DNA of 64,000 nucleotides from an uncultured cyanobacterium (GTDB lineage Bacteria; Cyanobacteriota; Cyanobacteriia; Cyanobacteriales; CAWCAG01): NCBI GenBank assembly GCA_963803805.1, contig CAWDOD010000004.1, positions 256,001 to 320,000 of the forward strand, read 5' to 3'. Shown piece by piece: positions 62,351 to 64,000 of this stretch (position 1 is its first letter; each line of letters starts with the position of its first letter). The notes under the pieces were generated by a model. It saw only the letters and a program-made list of their open reading frames with translations, ran no database searches and was not told where the DNA came from. The position numbers and the translations under genes were made by a program.

Positions 62351-64000
62351 ATGTTTAAACGCAACCTCGCTTTCGTTATTGGTATCAACAACTATCAAAA
62401 CGGCATTCCCCCCCTCAAGACTGCTGTTAACGATGCTAAAAAGCTTACAGAAACTCTACAGACTAAACATGGCTACCGAGTATGGGTTTACTTAGATGAA
62501 ATAGCTACCCTCCAAAATCTAATAAAATTCCTTGAAGAAACATTACCGGAGCAAGTTAAGGGCGATGACCGTTTGCTATTTTACTTTGCTGGTCATGGGG
62601 TTGCTCTTAATGGGGATGATGGGCCGGCGGGCTATTTAATTCCTCAAGATGCTTCCCTGGGGGATACTAGTACCTATTTTCCCATGGCTAAGTTACACAA
62701 TGCTTTGACCCAGCTCTGTTGTCGTCATTTTTTGGGGGTTCTCGACTGTTGCTTTGCAGGTGCTTTCCGTTGGTCTAGTAACAGAGATGTAGTTATTCCC
62801 ACCAAGGTGATTCACAAAGAAAGGTATGACCGCTTTATTACTGACCCCGCCTGGCAAATTATTACCTCCTCAGCCTCTGACCAAAAAGCCCTAGATAACT
62901 TTAATTTAGATACACAACGGGGTCAACTTGGAGAACACTCGCCTTTTGCAACTGCTTTGTTAGAAGCACTAGAAGGGGCAGCGGATATTTATCCTCCTCC
63001 TCAATCAGGGCAACCCGGTGGAGATGGGGTTATTACTGCAACTGAGCTATATTTGTACTTGCGCGATCGCATCGAAATTTCTACAGAACAAATTAGCCAC
63101 AGGCAAACCCCAGGAATTTGGTGTTTAAATAAACATGACAAAGGGGAATATATCTTTTTGTCTCCAGGACACAAACTCAATTTACCCCCAGCCCCTCCCC
63201 TTGATGAATCCCAGAATCCCTATCGTGGTTTGCGCTCATTTGAAGAAGAACATAGTAATCTATTTTTCGGCAGACAAGCTTTGATAGAACAATTGTCTCA
63301 ACAAGTTTACCAACAACCTCTAACTGTTGTTCTAGGGGTTTCGGGAAGCGGTAAATCTAGCTTAGTTAAAGCAGGATTAGTACCTTATCTTAAAAAGTTT
63401 AATCCCCAGCAATGGCACATTCTTACCCCTCTGCGCCCTGGAGAGTCACCGTTATTAGCTTTAAATCGAACCTTAGCAGCAGATAATCTGGTTGTAGATG
63501 ATGAAGTTGAGATCAAAGACAAGTTGACAAACTGGTTAGAGCAAAATTCTCAAACTAAATTGCTCCTTGTCATCGACCAAACAGAAGAATTATTAACCCT
63601 CTGTCGCGATGAAGAACAAAAAGAAAACTTTCTCAAACTCTTAGCAGAATTACTCCTTAACTACCCAGAAAATTTACGAATTGTCCTCACCTTACGGAGT
63701 GACTTTGAACCCCAATTTGCCAATTCTGTTCTAGAACCCTATTGGTATTCCTCTCGGTTTATCGTACCAGCCATGACACGGCAGGAATTAAGGACTTGCA
63801 TTGAAGAACCAGCCTCGGCAAGGGTTATGTATTTTGAACCCCATAGCTTGGTGGAACAGTTGATTGATGAAGTAATACAAATGCCTGGGGGATTACCTTT
63901 GCTGTCTTTTACCCTAAGTGAACTGTACTTGCAATATTTAAAGAGTGTCAGGAAGAGGTACAAGGAAAGACAGAGCTATTACTCAAGAAGATTACGAAAA
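62351..64000 (+). CDS. Second caspase-STAND NTPase paralogue (3'-truncated by the window; possible frameshift near 63950)
   Basis: Not in the ORF track; manual translation gives MFKRNLAFVIGIN, FYFAGHG, LDCCFAG, NPYRGL, GVSGSGKSS and LRSDF. Confidence 0.88.
   Translation, partial: MFKRNLAFVIGINNYQNGIPPLKTAVNDAKKLTETLQTKHGYRVWVYLDEIATLQNLIKFLEETLPEQVKGDDRLLFYFAGHGVALNGDDGPAGYLIPQDASLGDTSTYFPMAKLHNALTQLCCRHFLGVLDCCFAGAFRWSSNRDVVIPTKVIHKERYDRFITDPAWQIITSSASDQKALDNFNLDTQRGQLGEHSPFATALLEALEGAADIYPPPQSGQPGGDGVITATELYLYLRDRIEISTEQISHRQTPGIWCLNKHDKGEYIFLSPGHKLNLPPAPPLDESQNPYRGLRSFEEEHSNLFFGRQALIEQLSQQVYQQPLTVVLGVSGSGKSSLVKAGLVPYLKKFNPQQWHILTPLRPGESPLLALNRTLAADNLVVDDEVEIKDKLTNWLEQNSQTKLLLVIDQTEELLTLCRDEEQKENFLKLLAELLLNYPENLRIVLTLRSDFEPQFANSVLEPYWYSSRFIVPAMTRQELRTCIEEPASARVMYFEPHSLVEQLIDEVIQMPGGLPLLSFTLSELYLQYLKSVRKRYKERQSYYSRRLRK

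Overview
Cyanobacterial chromosomal window, judged from many HIP1 GCGATCGC octamers, heptamer tandem repeats and cyanobacterial CCM genes. 1-9.4 kb: grpE-dnaK-dnaJ-tusA-rsgA, crcB-UPF0182 and a cupin. 9.5-25 kb: a compact low-CO2 island, with flv4-(sll0218-like)-flv2 divergent from cmpABCD-ndhF3-ndhD3-cupA, an inverted cupS-like gene and perfect ATAG-N8-CTAT boxes. 25-41 kb: GT39, Uma2, a secreted protein with a SELENON-like motif, a frameshifted MFS gene, glpD-glpK, glyS, and rplS-tRNA-Trp-secE-nusG-rplKAJL. 41-49 kb: a decaying TA/Fic patch, DUF58, moaD and an HtrA-like protease. 49-64 kb is the most interesting part. A minus-strand operon holds two precursors that share a Glu-rich leader (a putative membrane-active polyprotein and an HNH/EndoVII GH-E nuclease whose mature part has only one Glu), flanking a signal-less S8 subtilase and a PrcB-like gene. 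I interpret it as a candidate Glu-specific protease-activated toxin system. It lies back-to-back with a C39-like peptidase and three tandem caspase-family (C14) genes: caspase-lipase, caspase-STAND-TM-WD40, and a partial paralogue. All calls come from motif reading only; no database searches were run.
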